64,000 bases of DNA from a virus (taxonomy: Duplodnaviria > Heunggongvirae > Uroviricota > Caudoviricetes). The notes beneath the pieces were generated by a model. It saw only the letters and a program-made list of their open reading frames with translations. It did not search any database and was not told the origin of the DNA. Both the position numbers and the translations under genes were made by a program. The stretch lies in the IMG/VR virus record IMGVR_UViG_3300016476_001281. One strand, 5' to 3'. Shown in pieces: positions 9,901 through 18,910 of the stretch. Every line of letters starts with the position of its first letter. Position 1 is the first letter of the stretch.

Positions 9901-11926
9901 ATATACCACTTTCAAAATCCGAATTAACAATATATGCTTCTGAAAAATCTAATATACCTGTTCCTAAAAATGTATCATTGAAATTTTTAGCATAAGGTTT
10001 ATTAGTTGCTAGTTCAAAAACATTTCTAATAAAAATATCAACAGAGTAATAATCTTTATTTTTAGGATCACGTAATACATTACCACTAGTAATATCAAAA
10101 GAATATCTATACTCATTTTCTTTAGGTGTAGAAACAAATGCATTATATTCAACCGCCATTTTTGTAAATCCTTTACCATCAGATAAATCAATATCTATAT
10201 ACTCTCTCCAAGGACCTATTCTAAATTTAGTATCAAAGAAGTTTACTAATTCACCTGAATTATTATTAATTTTAATTCCTTTAATATAAAAAGTATCTTT
10301 TAATTTAAACTTTTCATAACTTCTTTTATTAATATAGAACTTATAAACTTTATGGGTTTGATTAACATCTGTACTATAAGTAAACTCATCATAATCAAGA
10401 ACCTTAATTATATTATCACTTATATAATTTGAATTTAAGAATAATGAAGACTTATAATGAGAGTTAACAGATTTAACTTTATTAAATCTTGAATTAATAG
10501 CTCTTGAGTTTCTAATCTCTGTATTTTCAATATTTGCATTTATAAATTTACAATTATCAAAAAGTGCCTTATTTACAGTAACACCACTTATATTGTTAAA
10601 TCTACTATCTAAATATTGTTTATCCACAATACCCTTTACATAGTCTTCAACTATTGAATATGTTGCATTACTACTAAGTAATGAATTGGTTACATTACCA
10701 TTATTTATAACTGCATTTTGAATATCTGAATTGATAACAAAATTATATCCATAACCATTATTATCAGGATTATTAACTTTTTGATAAGGTAAACCATAAG
10801 GTGCAGATGCTGTTGCCGCAGAATAATCAAATTCAGCAAAATAACTTTCTGGTTGACTATAAAATGAGTTCATTATACCAGTCTGCCATATTGTATTTAA
10901 TAGTGTTCCTGAATTCCAAGTTGCAGTTTGACTATTCCAAATTATTCTCTCATCATTACTTCCATAAAGTCCACCATTCCATTGACCATCAAATTTACCT
11001 CTTCTAAAATTAGACTTAGTAATTATTGGTGGATTATTATTCTCATGTTTAACATTAATTACCCAACTATAAGTTCCTATTATTGAATTAAATTCCCATT
11101 TATAAACAGAATCTTCTTTAAACTCAAATCCATTGTTTGTAAAACTACCATTTAATATAAGTAACTTATCATTTGAATAAGTAGCAGCTTCTGAATATGA
11201 ACCTGACATTACATCAGTAGTTATATTTTTCCAACTATAAGTTCCATTTTTAATAAAGAAACCTGGACCACTAGTTAAACCCTGTGTTTCACCCCAGTCA
11301 GAAATACCATCAAAATTACTTCTATCAGTATAAATAATATTATTATGATTTGGATTAAACTTGAAATCTGTAGTTGTACCAACAACATTAGTGGTAATTT
11401 GTCTATTTACATGCATGAAATCATTTTGATCATTAATATAATAAACTTTAATGAAGTCATCAAAAACATCTTGATTTTGAGATGTTTCACTTGAAGGTAA
11501 CCATCCACGTCCAGCAAACTCTATATCCAATACAATTCTACATTGATCAATAAATAAAACTTTATATCCATCTCTACCTTTCTTGTACTTATCCTCTTTA
11601 ATTAATAAGTTACTATCATAAGCACCATTAATAATAAATACTTTATCACCTACATTAAATCCTGAGTTTACTTCTGTATAGAATAAAGTATATTCAATAC
11701 CTGATATAGTATAAGGTTCTACCCAGTTCAATAATCTTGGACTACTTGGATTTCCATATCTAAAATTCACAATAGTTTCATCTATTGGATTAGGTAATGT
11801 TTTTAGAAAATCATACCCTACTAAATTAATACCTGAACCTATTTCAGACAATTCTTCTGTTGTTAGAAGATAAGGTTTGGTGATTATATTTTTTTTAATT
11901 ATATTTGCTGATGAAAATGTACTCAT
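6971..11926 (-). CDS. giant virion structural protein with ~20 W-x-NG-x-F-x-GG-x-F repeats and C-terminal (SP)15 linker
   Basis: 1651 aa. It contains repeated motifs such as DGIFNGGKF, NGVFSGGKF and YGIFNGGEF. The C-terminus is ...GPSA(SP)15NDGGFIQYQG. Confidence 0.55.
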   Translation of the reverse strand: MSTFSSANIIKKNIITKPYLLTTEELSEIGSGINLVGYDFLKTLPNPIDETIVNFRYGNPSSPRLLNWVEPYTISGIEYTLFYTEVNSGFNVGDKVFIINGAYDSNLLIKEDKYKKGRDGYKVLFIDQCRIVLDIEFAGRGWLPSSETSQNQDVFDDFIKVYYINDQNDFMHVNRQITTNVVGTTTDFKFNPNHNNIIYTDRSNFDGISDWGETQGLTSGPGFFIKNGTYSWKNITTDVMSGSYSEAATYSNDKLLILNGSFTNNGFEFKEDSVYKWEFNSIIGTYSWVINVKHENNNPPIITKSNFRRGKFDGQWNGGLYGSNDERIIWNSQTATWNSGTLLNTIWQTGIMNSFYSQPESYFAEFDYSAATASAPYGLPYQKVNNPDNNGYGYNFVINSDIQNAVINNGNVTNSLLSSNATYSIVEDYVKGIVDKQYLDSRFNNISGVTVNKALFDNCKFINANIENTEIRNSRAINSRFNKVKSVNSHYKSSLFLNSNYISDNIIKVLDYDEFTYSTDVNQTHKVYKFYINKRSYEKFKLKDTFYIKGIKINNNSGELVNFFDTKFRIGPWREYIDIDLSDGKGFTKMAVEYNAFVSTPKENEYRYSFDITSGNVLRDPKNKDYYSVDIFIRNVFELATNKPYAKNFNDTFLGTGILDFSEAYIVNSDFESGIFENSNWNSGNHINYSNDNNITKDIDNGGGLYNLSFTSDPDTLSLTNTISNLGVASEVELDYFEDDSIVFLNAVDYDTRGKVTTTGFAIINTGSGYTSSVITTTGGSGTGLTINLQASTIGAVTGYSFTPDNINNYYYASQGYTTRQTNVVYQNGTRVGSGLEVLINVDNTPPYSITNINISNPGSNYNVGDVLEVLHVSVNNTPEPIITTTFSIDTILDGGVLISSTVSNPGLGYQIGDLVTLNGGNNDAVIQITSVTGSLTRLPDAYKVKRLINGTTQQLELKSIIGLPSLLPGGLFLTLNAENKYGYLHKTKFNKSRLITGIFKRAYITNSLLRDESFDVSDKDFNNIKKLKNLIFIDTLFSNNSNILSKATYMNSSIVGGTDIWDNGILYDSIWNGGDFRNGLVKESIWINGTFSDGLFYNSRSFDNSTLFNYKQDIKTRYYMRGKETNSRFSWQNGSFLNGEFFKSDWENGVFSGGKFYYSKFYNGVFNNGLIGDKSIPMDSTWFYNGTINYAVVENSKIVSEKYNGISNSLISWNDGIFNSGVFGTNDNQNVLNSATWSYGIFNGGEFKDSSKWKDGIFNGGKFLSNYGFNAGVAIGPDSGLGQKETYSWEYGIFNGGEFGNANTATNSTWFDGEFNGGQFKGRVWNNGVFSFGEFLGSGDIAIGGTPSIPSQSNPNNFAQSFAQSPKRHYGLWRNGYVTDIKDKYITDKKIYTNLKRANDTTKVVNKAVFKNILWLGGTFSHPSGEMNNSVWLGGTFENGKFLSSAFNPYVLRSYDVNQLLSFNFDSSCSWKNGIFDGGEFNISTWDNGTFVSGTATGMIWKNGIVNYMNAYNVFWENGLWRNGNWNGSYFNLSATGSVTDDYVLQILHNGMSYTGTSSVHVWNIFYDESLSDNNSSDVTQWGGFIAGTDSNPYWNSTATFSELGPSASPSPSPSPSPSPSPSPSPSPSPSPSPSPSPSPNDGGFIQYQG
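7004..7099. repeat. hexamer microsatellite (GGACTT/GGTGAT)n encoding (Ser-Pro)15
   Basis: Tandem 6-bp units on the plus strand are read on the minus strand as agtcca/tcacca, giving SPSP.... The alternative frame produces the spurious VHHQVQ ORF. Confidence 0.85.
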
Positions 11927-12005
11927 TAACTATGATTGCCTTTTTAGTATATATAAAAAATTTAATAGTCTAAACTATTTTTAATTATCTTTATACAATA
12001 TAAAT

Positions 12006-12722
12006 ATGACAGAAAGAAAGAAAATATTAGTGTTCTCAGGTGCTGGGGTTTCTAAGGAAAGTGGAATTGAAACTTTCAGAGATTCCAAGGATAGTTTATG
12101 GAATAACTACAAGATTGAAGATGTTGCAACTATTGATGCCTGGAGAAGAAACAAAGAAGTTGTATTAGACTTCTACAATGAAAGGAGAAAACAATTAAAA
12201 ATAGTTCAACCAAATAAAGCACATGAATTACTTGCAAAACTTGAAGAATATTTTGATGTAACCATTGCAACACAAAATGTTGATGATTTACATGAGAAAG
12301 CAGGTTCAACTAATGTAATTCATTTACATGGTGAGTTGGCTAAAGTTAGGTCAACACTTGACCCTAAATTAGTATATAATTGGACTGAGGACTTAAACCT
12401 TGGAGATAAATGTGATAAAGGTTCTCAAATGAGACCTCACATTGTTTGGTTTGGTGAAGGACTTAATGAAAAAGATATTAATGATGCAGTACAAGCTGCA
12501 AAAGAATGTGATATTTGTATTGTTATTGGAACTTCTATGCAAGTTTCACCTGCAAATGAAATTCCTTTCCTTACAAAATACAATACTTTAATTTACTATG
12601 TGGACCCAGGAGATAAAGACTTTTATGTTCCTGAGTTTAGAGAATTAGAATTTAAACATATCCAAGAACCTGCAACAACAGGTATGGAAAAATTATATAA
12701 TGAACTAACTAAACAATTATAA
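12006..12722 (+). CDS. Sir2-family NAD-dependent protein deacylase / ADP-ribosyltransferase (CobB-like)
   Basis: Sirtuin motifs are present: GAGVSKESGIETFR, TQNVDDLHEKAG, HLHGEL, IVWFGE and VIGTSMQVSPA. Confidence 0.75.
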   Translation: MTERKKILVFSGAGVSKESGIETFRDSKDSLWNNYKIEDVATIDAWRRNKEVVLDFYNERRKQLKIVQPNKAHELLAKLEEYFDVTIATQNVDDLHEKAGSTNVIHLHGELAKVRSTLDPKLVYNWTEDLNLGDKCDKGSQMRPHIVWFGEGLNEKDINDAVQAAKECDICIVIGTSMQVSPANEIPFLTKYNTLIYYVDPGDKDFYVPEFRELEFKHIQEPATTGMEKLYNELTKQL

Positions 12723-12725
12723 AAT

Positions 12726-12986
12726 ATGAATGAAAAGTGGAAAGATCTAAATAAAATTTTTAGAAATGATTATTACAAAGATGATAAATACCATTCCTAT
12801 GATAAATTACTAAAAGAATTAGGTTCTTCTTATAGTATTGATGATTTATTAGGTGGTTATAAAATTAGTGATTGGATAACTTATAAAACTAAAAAAGAGG
12901 AAACTCCTCAAGAAAAAGAAGCAAGGTTGTTAAGAGAAAAGGCACAAGCCAGAGAAGCTAAAATTGATCAAATACTTAAAAAATAA
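12726..12986 (+). CDS. hypothetical protein
   Basis: 86-aa ORF located 4 nt after the Sir2 gene. Confidence 0.4.
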   Translation: MNEKWKDLNKIFRNDYYKDDKYHSYDKLLKELGSSYSIDDLLGGYKISDWITYKTKKEETPQEKEARLLREKAQAREAKIDQILKK

Positions 12987-13164
12987 TCTATGAAGGTTGG
13001 AAATGATTTTGACTTTGTAATTAAGAATTACTATAAAAATCTTAATATTGCAGCAAAAGCAAACAAAAGGAAAACTAAGATACTTAATATAATGTCTAAT
13101 AATAAAAATATTGAGAGATTAAAAACTGTATCTTAATATATACTTTATAAAAATAAAAGATAAT

Positions 13165-13731
13165 ATGAATTTACAAGAATTATTAGATAAGTGGAATATC
13201 AAATGTGATATTAATACTGTTTTAGCAATGTGGAATGAGTCACATCGTTCTTACCATACATTAAATCACTTAAATGATTTAATTGACCAAATTAATGAGA
13301 ATACTCATGTTTGGTCTGAAAAAGAATATGAGAAGTTATTAATCACTGCTCTTTTTCATGATTGTGTTTATGATCCAATGAAACAAGATAATGAAGAAAA
13401 ATCAGCTGAGTTCTTCTTAGAATGTTGTCAAGATAAATCAAATAAAGATATTCAAGACATCAAACAGATGATTTTAGATACTAAAACTCATGAAGCAAGT
13501 AGTAGATTATCAAGTAACTTTATTCAATTTGATATGAATGTTATTACAAATGGAAACTATGAACAATTACTTGACTGGGAAAAAGGTATTCATGAAGAGT
13601 ATAAAGCTTATGGTGATTTGTATAAAGAAGGTAGAATTAAATTTTTAGAATCTTTATTAGACAAACATCCATATGTTTACAACTCTGCAAACCTTTCTAA
13701 CCTAATTGAGTATGTAAAAACCAATTACTAA
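13165..13731 (+). CDS. HD-domain-like phosphohydrolase
   Basis: The pattern H..YHTLNH followed about 30 aa later by ALFHDCVYDP fits the H...HD metal-binding signature. Preceded by a TTAATATATAcT box at about 13134. Confidence 0.45.
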   Translation: MNLQELLDKWNIKCDINTVLAMWNESHRSYHTLNHLNDLIDQINENTHVWSEKEYEKLLITALFHDCVYDPMKQDNEEKSAEFFLECCQDKSNKDIQDIKQMILDTKTHEASSRLSSNFIQFDMNVITNGNYEQLLDWEKGIHEEYKAYGDLYKEGRIKFLESLLDKHPYVYNSANLSNLIEYVKTNY

Positions 13732-14135
13732 TGATTGAACAAAAATTAACTAATTTAATTGAGTCAATAGAAGTTTATGGATTTTCACGTAAAGTAACTA
13801 GATTTGTAATTACTAAAACCAAAAAAGAGGGTTATAATGATTCAATCTTTATTCAACTTGAATTTTTATCAGATACAGGATCAATCCAGATTGATAAATT
13901 CTACAATAAATGGTATTTTAGATTTTACAATAAGTTTATTGAAGAGTTTACTAATTCAGATGAAGAGTATTTATCTATGAGGGATAATAATACAGAAATA
14001 AATTTTTATAATACTTGGTTAAATAAATTAACCTATGATACAAGAGGTATTTACATTTTATGCAATTTAGATGAATTGAAATCTTTTCTACGTGATAAAA
14101 CAATAAATAGTATATTAAAAAAAACCACTCAATGA
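13731..14135 (+). CDS. hypothetical protein
   Basis: 134-aa ORF whose stop codon lies inside a terminator hairpin. Confidence 0.4.
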   Translation: MIEQKLTNLIESIEVYGFSRKVTRFVITKTKKEGYNDSIFIQLEFLSDTGSIQIDKFYNKWYFRFYNKFIEEFTNSDEEYLSMRDNNTEINFYNTWLNKLTYDTRGIYILCNLDELKSFLRDKTINSILKKTTQ

Positions 14136-14147
14136 GTGGTTTTTTTC
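14122..14147 (+). terminator. rho-independent terminator
   Basis: Hairpin CCACTCA-A-TGAGTGG followed by TTTTTTT. Confidence 0.6.
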
Positions 14148-14183
14148 TTTTTAAACTTAAATACTATTATTACATATAATAAT

Positions 14184-14474
14184 ATGGAACATACTAAATC
14201 ATCTTTTTCATTTACATCAAAAAATGAAAATTGGCAAGTAGATTATACTTATCAAATTAAAACTTACTACTCAAAAGATTACTCTGAACTAAAAGCAACT
14301 GTTTATCTAAACAATGAAATATATTGGGATTTTGATGGAGTACCTAATACTAAAACAGATAATCCAACTAAAACTCAAGCTAAGGAAATTATTACAGTGG
14401 CAAGAAGATTATATAAAGAAGCATACAAATTACGTGATGATAGAGATAAAAAACTAAATAAGTTAGGTATCTAA
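14184..14474 (+). CDS. hypothetical protein
   Basis: Internal ATG chosen as start (MEHTKSS...). The longer reading would start inside the terminator. Confidence 0.35.
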   Translation: MEHTKSSFSFTSKNENWQVDYTYQIKTYYSKDYSELKATVYLNNEIYWDFDGVPNTKTDNPTKTQAKEIITVARRLYKEAYKLRDDRDKKLNKLGI

Positions 14475-15196
14475 TAATTCATAATTATCCACTCTGTTCC
14501 CATTATAGTTTTCTTAAACTCAAATCTACAATCTGGATATAACTCTCTCAATCCATCAAAGTTATAATAACTTAGTAGAAATCTACCTTGAATATTATTC
14601 AACATTTCTGCCAATTCTAAATGTGATTTCTCACAAAACTCATGATTGATATAATAGGTTTCTTTACCTTTATATGGTGGATCAACATAGAAGAATGTTT
14701 CAGGTGAATCATACTTATCAATTATGTCTTTATAATCAGTATTATAAATATTTGTTATCCTATCTATTTTTGGTTTATAAGCTCTATGTTTCATCTTAAA
14801 TATCTCAAACTCTCTATTTCCTTTCCAACTATCCTTACCTATTTCATATGGGTTAGAACAAGTTAAAACTACTAACCATTGTAGAGCTAATAACACATCA
14901 TCTTTAGTAGTAACAATACCTTTTAATGAGAACTTATAAAATTCTTCATCTACTTTAGTTGATTTAACTAAATCAATAAAATCTTTATTTGATTGTAATT
15001 GACAGAATAGATTATAGTTTAAATGATTGATGTCATTGTAAATAAAGTCAACATGAGAAAAATCATCAAAGTCTAAAGAAAAGAAAACACCAAACATGCC
15101 TCCAAATGGTTCCACATAAGTAGATATATCATTTGGTATGTTTGGTGTTATAAATTGAGAAAATTTTGTCTTCTCACCAATATATGGAACTAACAT
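14471..15196 (-). CDS. DNA N6-adenine methyltransferase (Dam-like, D12 class)
   Basis: VEPFGGMFGV matches the FxGxG AdoMet-binding motif (E. coli Dam has VEPFVGAGSVF). A DPPY catalytic motif is present as VDPPYKG. Confidence 0.7.
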   Translation of the reverse strand: MLVPYIGEKTKFSQFITPNIPNDISTYVEPFGGMFGVFFSLDFDDFSHVDFIYNDINHLNYNLFCQLQSNKDFIDLVKSTKVDEEFYKFSLKGIVTTKDDVLLALQWLVVLTCSNPYEIGKDSWKGNREFEIFKMKHRAYKPKIDRITNIYNTDYKDIIDKYDSPETFFYVDPPYKGKETYYINHEFCEKSHLELAEMLNNIQGRFLLSYYNFDGLRELYPDCRFEFKKTIMGTEWIIMNY

Positions 15197-15199
15197 ATA

Positions 15200-16309
15200 T
15201 TATTTTTTAAATTCTTTTTTATCAGATGAAATATAAAATTTATCAAAGTCATAATATTTATCATAAACTTCTCTAACTTTTTTAAGAGTTACTTCATCTA
15301 AGATGTCATATACAGACCAACCTTTTGGATTGATATATTGACTAACAGCTGCATATCTGTTAATATCATCTTTCTGCCTTCTTACACCATAGTATTCTTT
15401 AACAAGATTAAATCTTTCTTTAGTTAAATACTTATCAGGGTTAGTTATTACAGTTTTAACTGCATCAACAACTTCATTAAAGTTTTTATTTGAAGTTAAT
15501 GTTGCAATATTATTTATACCTTTATCATTAACTCTTGACTGATAACAATGAATGTAATAAACCAATCCTTTCTTCTCTCTTACTTCTTGGTATAAAGGAG
15601 ATTTTAATCCTAAAGACAACATTGCATTGATAAAGTGAACATATGCAAAATCTTCTTGAATTACTGGTGATAATATTGAAATAGAAGTTTTATCCTTAAA
15701 ATCATTATTCAATTCCATAGGAACATCATGGTTTCCAAAACTAACATCTTTTACAATAACTCTTTCCTGAAACTCAATACTTTTATCTTTAAATTCTTTA
15801 TGTTTAGAAACATTGATAATTTTTGTTGGTTTAGCATATTGTAATTCAAAGAAATTAAGACAATCCATAAATTTAAGATTTTCTAAATCTTGTCTTAAAC
15901 CAATTGGTGAATAGTCATTGAATAGTTTTCTTGAAAGATTTAACATATGAGATTGTGTTTGATCATTAAAAGAATCCATATATTCTTCTAATACAATTTT
16001 TCTTTCATTTTCAAATTGTTCCTTGGTGATATTAAATGTAGTTAGTAAATCTACAAATTTCTTTTTCCATTTATTAACTTTCTCATCAAGTCCAGTTAAA
16101 TAGAATACAATTTCATTGGAAGAAGTATAGGCATTCCAATCAATACCATCTTTGTCAAAATCTTCTTGTAAGTGATCAAATGATTTACAAACCAAGTGTT
16201 CCATTAAGTGTGATATGCCATACCATCCTGGTTTTTCTAAATTAGTTGAACCTTCATAAACTACATAAAAACCTGACAGGTCTGTTTGACTTTTTAAATT
16301 TATTATCAT
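15200..16309 (-). CDS. M16-family (insulinase/pitrilysin-like) zinc peptidase-like protein
   Basis: The inverted zinc-binding motif HxxEH appears in the typical context GISHLMEHLVCK near the N-terminus. Confidence 0.5.
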   Translation of the reverse strand: MIINLKSQTDLSGFYVVYEGSTNLEKPGWYGISHLMEHLVCKSFDHLQEDFDKDGIDWNAYTSSNEIVFYLTGLDEKVNKWKKKFVDLLTTFNITKEQFENERKIVLEEYMDSFNDQTQSHMLNLSRKLFNDYSPIGLRQDLENLKFMDCLNFFELQYAKPTKIINVSKHKEFKDKSIEFQERVIVKDVSFGNHDVPMELNNDFKDKTSISILSPVIQEDFAYVHFINAMLSLGLKSPLYQEVREKKGLVYYIHCYQSRVNDKGINNIATLTSNKNFNEVVDAVKTVITNPDKYLTKERFNLVKEYYGVRRQKDDINRYAAVSQYINPKGWSVYDILDEVTLKKVREVYDKYYDFDKFYISSDKKEFKK

Positions 16310-16353
16310 ATTAAAATTGTTTTAGTAAATTATATGATTTAAAAATATAAAGT

Positions 16354-17202
16354 TTATTTTAACAACTTAGGTGCGTTAATAAAATATTGTTTGTCAGATT
16401 CACAATGAATAAAAAATTCATCATTAGTTATATCATATTCAATAAAAGGGTAAATTTCTAAGAATTTAACTAATATATTATTAACTTCTTCAATAGAAGT
16501 ATGTAAATCTTCCGATATTTTCTTAGTAAATATAAGTATTCTATCTTCTTCTATAATAACATAATCTTTGATTTTTAATCTATCAAAAAGGTCAGACCAA
16601 TTATTAATTAATTCTATACAAAATCCTTTACTTGCTTCTTCTTCAAATTCTTTTTGATTTACACCTGATTGTGCCATCATAAGTTGACCATATTTAGTTT
16701 TATGATAACCATATGAATATCTAATAATTGCTTCTTCTGGATAATCTTTTATACTAGACCAAGAAGGACCACCTAACTCAATTCTGTTATAATCTAATCC
16801 TAATCTTTTTACAGTAAAATATAAATAAGTATCAATATCACCATTTTGACTATCAAGTGGACTTTGGTGTATTTCAACAAATATATCTTTATCACCTGAA
16901 TCTGATGCATATTTACCTACTAATTTGTCTGCTTCTTTTGAGAATATTTCTTTTATTACATCAAATGTAAAACCTTTTTCATCCATCAATCTTTGATGTT
17001 CTCTATAATCTTCCTCTGGGTCTTGGTCTTCTTTTTTACACAATGTTGAGTAATTAGGACCATCACTAAAAACATCTAAAATAGTATCAATCCAATCAGC
17101 TCTTAGTTGTTTAATTTCATCTACTGTATAAGATTTTTTAGAACTATGGTCAAAGTAATCCTCTATACTCTCATTAACAAATTGTCTATATCTTTTTATC
17201 AT
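16354..17202 (-). CDS. hypothetical protein
   Basis: 282-aa ORF in the same operon as the primase and peptidase genes. Confidence 0.4.
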   Translation of the reverse strand: MIKRYRQFVNESIEDYFDHSSKKSYTVDEIKQLRADWIDTILDVFSDGPNYSTLCKKEDQDPEEDYREHQRLMDEKGFTFDVIKEIFSKEADKLVGKYASDSGDKDIFVEIHQSPLDSQNGDIDTYLYFTVKRLGLDYNRIELGGPSWSSIKDYPEEAIIRYSYGYHKTKYGQLMMAQSGVNQKEFEEEASKGFCIELINNWSDLFDRLKIKDYVIIEEDRILIFTKKISEDLHTSIEEVNNILVKFLEIYPFIEYDITNDEFFIHCESDKQYFINAPKLLK

Positions 17203-17218
17203 AACATATATATTAAAT

Positions 17219-18226
17219 TTAGAAATCTCTATTTTTTAAATAGTTTATAAAGTTAAAAGAATCATCAACTTTTAAATCTATCATATCATTAGTTATTTCA
17301 ATTTCATTAAACTCATCTATTCCTTTATACTTTTGAAAGTAATGTTCTGCAGGATCCTTACCAATTCTACTTATTACAACTTTAGTATCTATTCTATAGT
17401 GTTCAAAAAAGTCCCTTAAAATTGCAGAAACTCTAAAGCCAACATTATCATTATCAGAAACTATTACTATGTTTGATGGTTTTTTCTCAAGTATCTTATA
17501 TAATTGTATTGAACTCCACATTGCACTTGAACAACTTGTTGATTTTTTACCAAGTTTTCTTAATGCCATCATATCAAATATACCTTCTGTTAACCAAATC
17601 TCTTCATTTGGATTTATATTGTCTAAACCCCAAACTGGTATGTCAGGACATGCTAATGAATATTTTAATGTTTTAGTTCTTGGTGGATCAAATTTATCAG
17701 CTAAATTATCTTTACCTATGTTTAATTTTCTAATAGCACAATTTACTAACTTACCATTTTCAAAAAGAGGAATAATAATACCACCATTTTCAATACCATC
17801 ATTTAAAAATTGTTTTAATACTGGGTGTGATGTTGCACCAATCATTTTAAGATGTTCTAAGTCAACAATTGAAGATAAACCTAATAACTTATATTCTAAA
17901 ATAGTTTGTTCACCTATACCTCTATTAGATAGATATTCAAACTCATCTTCACTAAAGTTTCCTAAATTTTCTAAGATTAAACTGGTTAATTTTTCTAAGT
18001 CATTAGGTGTAACTATCACATCATCAGCAGTTGAGTTTAATTCATTAATATTTACTTCAACCATTCTATTATCATTTGAAATTTTATCCTTAATTTTGTC
18101 CAAGATTTTTTCAATGTTAATTATTTTTAATGGATTCATATCAGTAGGCAGAAAGTTTTTAACTACACCATTTACTGAACGATTGTTGTAAAGTATAAAA
18201 CCTAATTCTTCAATTGTATATTTCAT
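17219..18226 (-). CDS. Toprim-domain DNA primase-like protein
   Basis: Toprim motifs are present: E..EG..D (WLTEGIFDMMAL) and DxD (IVIVSDNDNVG). Confidence 0.55.
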   Translation of the reverse strand: MKYTIEELGFILYNNRSVNGVVKNFLPTDMNPLKIINIEKILDKIKDKISNDNRMVEVNINELNSTADDVIVTPNDLEKLTSLILENLGNFSEDEFEYLSNRGIGEQTILEYKLLGLSSIVDLEHLKMIGATSHPVLKQFLNDGIENGGIIIPLFENGKLVNCAIRKLNIGKDNLADKFDPPRTKTLKYSLACPDIPVWGLDNINPNEEIWLTEGIFDMMALRKLGKKSTSCSSAMWSSIQLYKILEKKPSNIVIVSDNDNVGFRVSAILRDFFEHYRIDTKVVISRIGKDPAEHYFQKYKGIDEFNEIEITNDMIDLKVDDSFNFINYLKNRDF

Positions 18227-18295
18227 GAATAATTATATAAAAAAAATTTTGTGATGATTAATAAAATGTATATATTTGTACTCTAAATTAAAAAA

Positions 18296-18910
18296 ATGAT
18301 AAAAGTAGGACTTTCAGGAAATAGATACTCAGGTAAAACCAGAGTTGCAGACTTATTTAAACAAATAGGTATTCCTGTATTTGATGCAGATACTATTTTA
18401 AGATTTATACTAAACTACAATTGGGAGTTATTAGGTGAGATTAAAGAAGAATTAGGAAGTGACATCTTCCAAGGCGACTACTTAAATTTCAGAGAAATTA
18501 AAAACCCAAAAGTGTTCAACAAAGTTCTAAAGATGGTTGAACCAGATATTTTTAGATCATATGAAAGGTTCAATAAAAAACAAAATTCAATATACACTAT
18601 TTTCCATTCTTCAATCTTATTTGAAACAGGTTGGTATAAAGATATGGATAAAAACATTAGTGTATTTTCTTCACACACTGATAGAATTAAAAGATGTAAA
18701 AAACTTACAAATATGGGTTTATTGACAATAAATGATTTGTCAAAAACTGAAATGGATCCACTTGATAAAAATGAACTATCTGATTATGTAATACACAACT
18801 ATAATGAAGAAACATCTGCATTTGGTGATACTTTTACACAAACATGTAAAGTAGATCAAAAGATAATTGATATGTACCTATATAATGAAACTACTAAACA
18901 AGTAATATAA
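18296..18910 (+). CDS. P-loop nucleotide kinase (dephospho-CoA kinase CoaE-like)
   Basis: VGLSGNRYSGKTRVADLF...IPVFDADTI matches the CoaE pattern GLTGGIGSGKS...V.DAD. Preceded by TATATTTG, a TAnnTTTG -7 box, at about 18266. Confidence 0.5.
   Translation: MIKVGLSGNRYSGKTRVADLFKQIGIPVFDADTILRFILNYNWELLGEIKEELGSDIFQGDYLNFREIKNPKVFNKVLKMVEPDIFRSYERFNKKQNSIYTIFHSSILFETGWYKDMDKNISVFSSHTDRIKRCKKLTNMGLLTINDLSKTEMDPLDKNELSDYVIHNYNEETSAFGDTFTQTCKVDQKIIDMYLYNETTKQVI

Noticed and set aside
17469-18191. 240-aa plus-strand ORF antisense to the primase gene, with similar antisense or embedded ORFs elsewhere.
   Set aside because: The other ORFs in this group are at 7863, 10009, 10801, 17473, 18478, 18537, 19459, 22470, 24401, 28147, 28825, 35586, 35835, 42037, 42488, 47222, 52256, 52658, 54201, 56543, 56984, 57434, 57756 and 58049. 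All are low-complexity and hydrophobic, lie entirely within longer, better-supported genes on the opposite strand or another frame, and are typical of AT-rich shadow ORFs.
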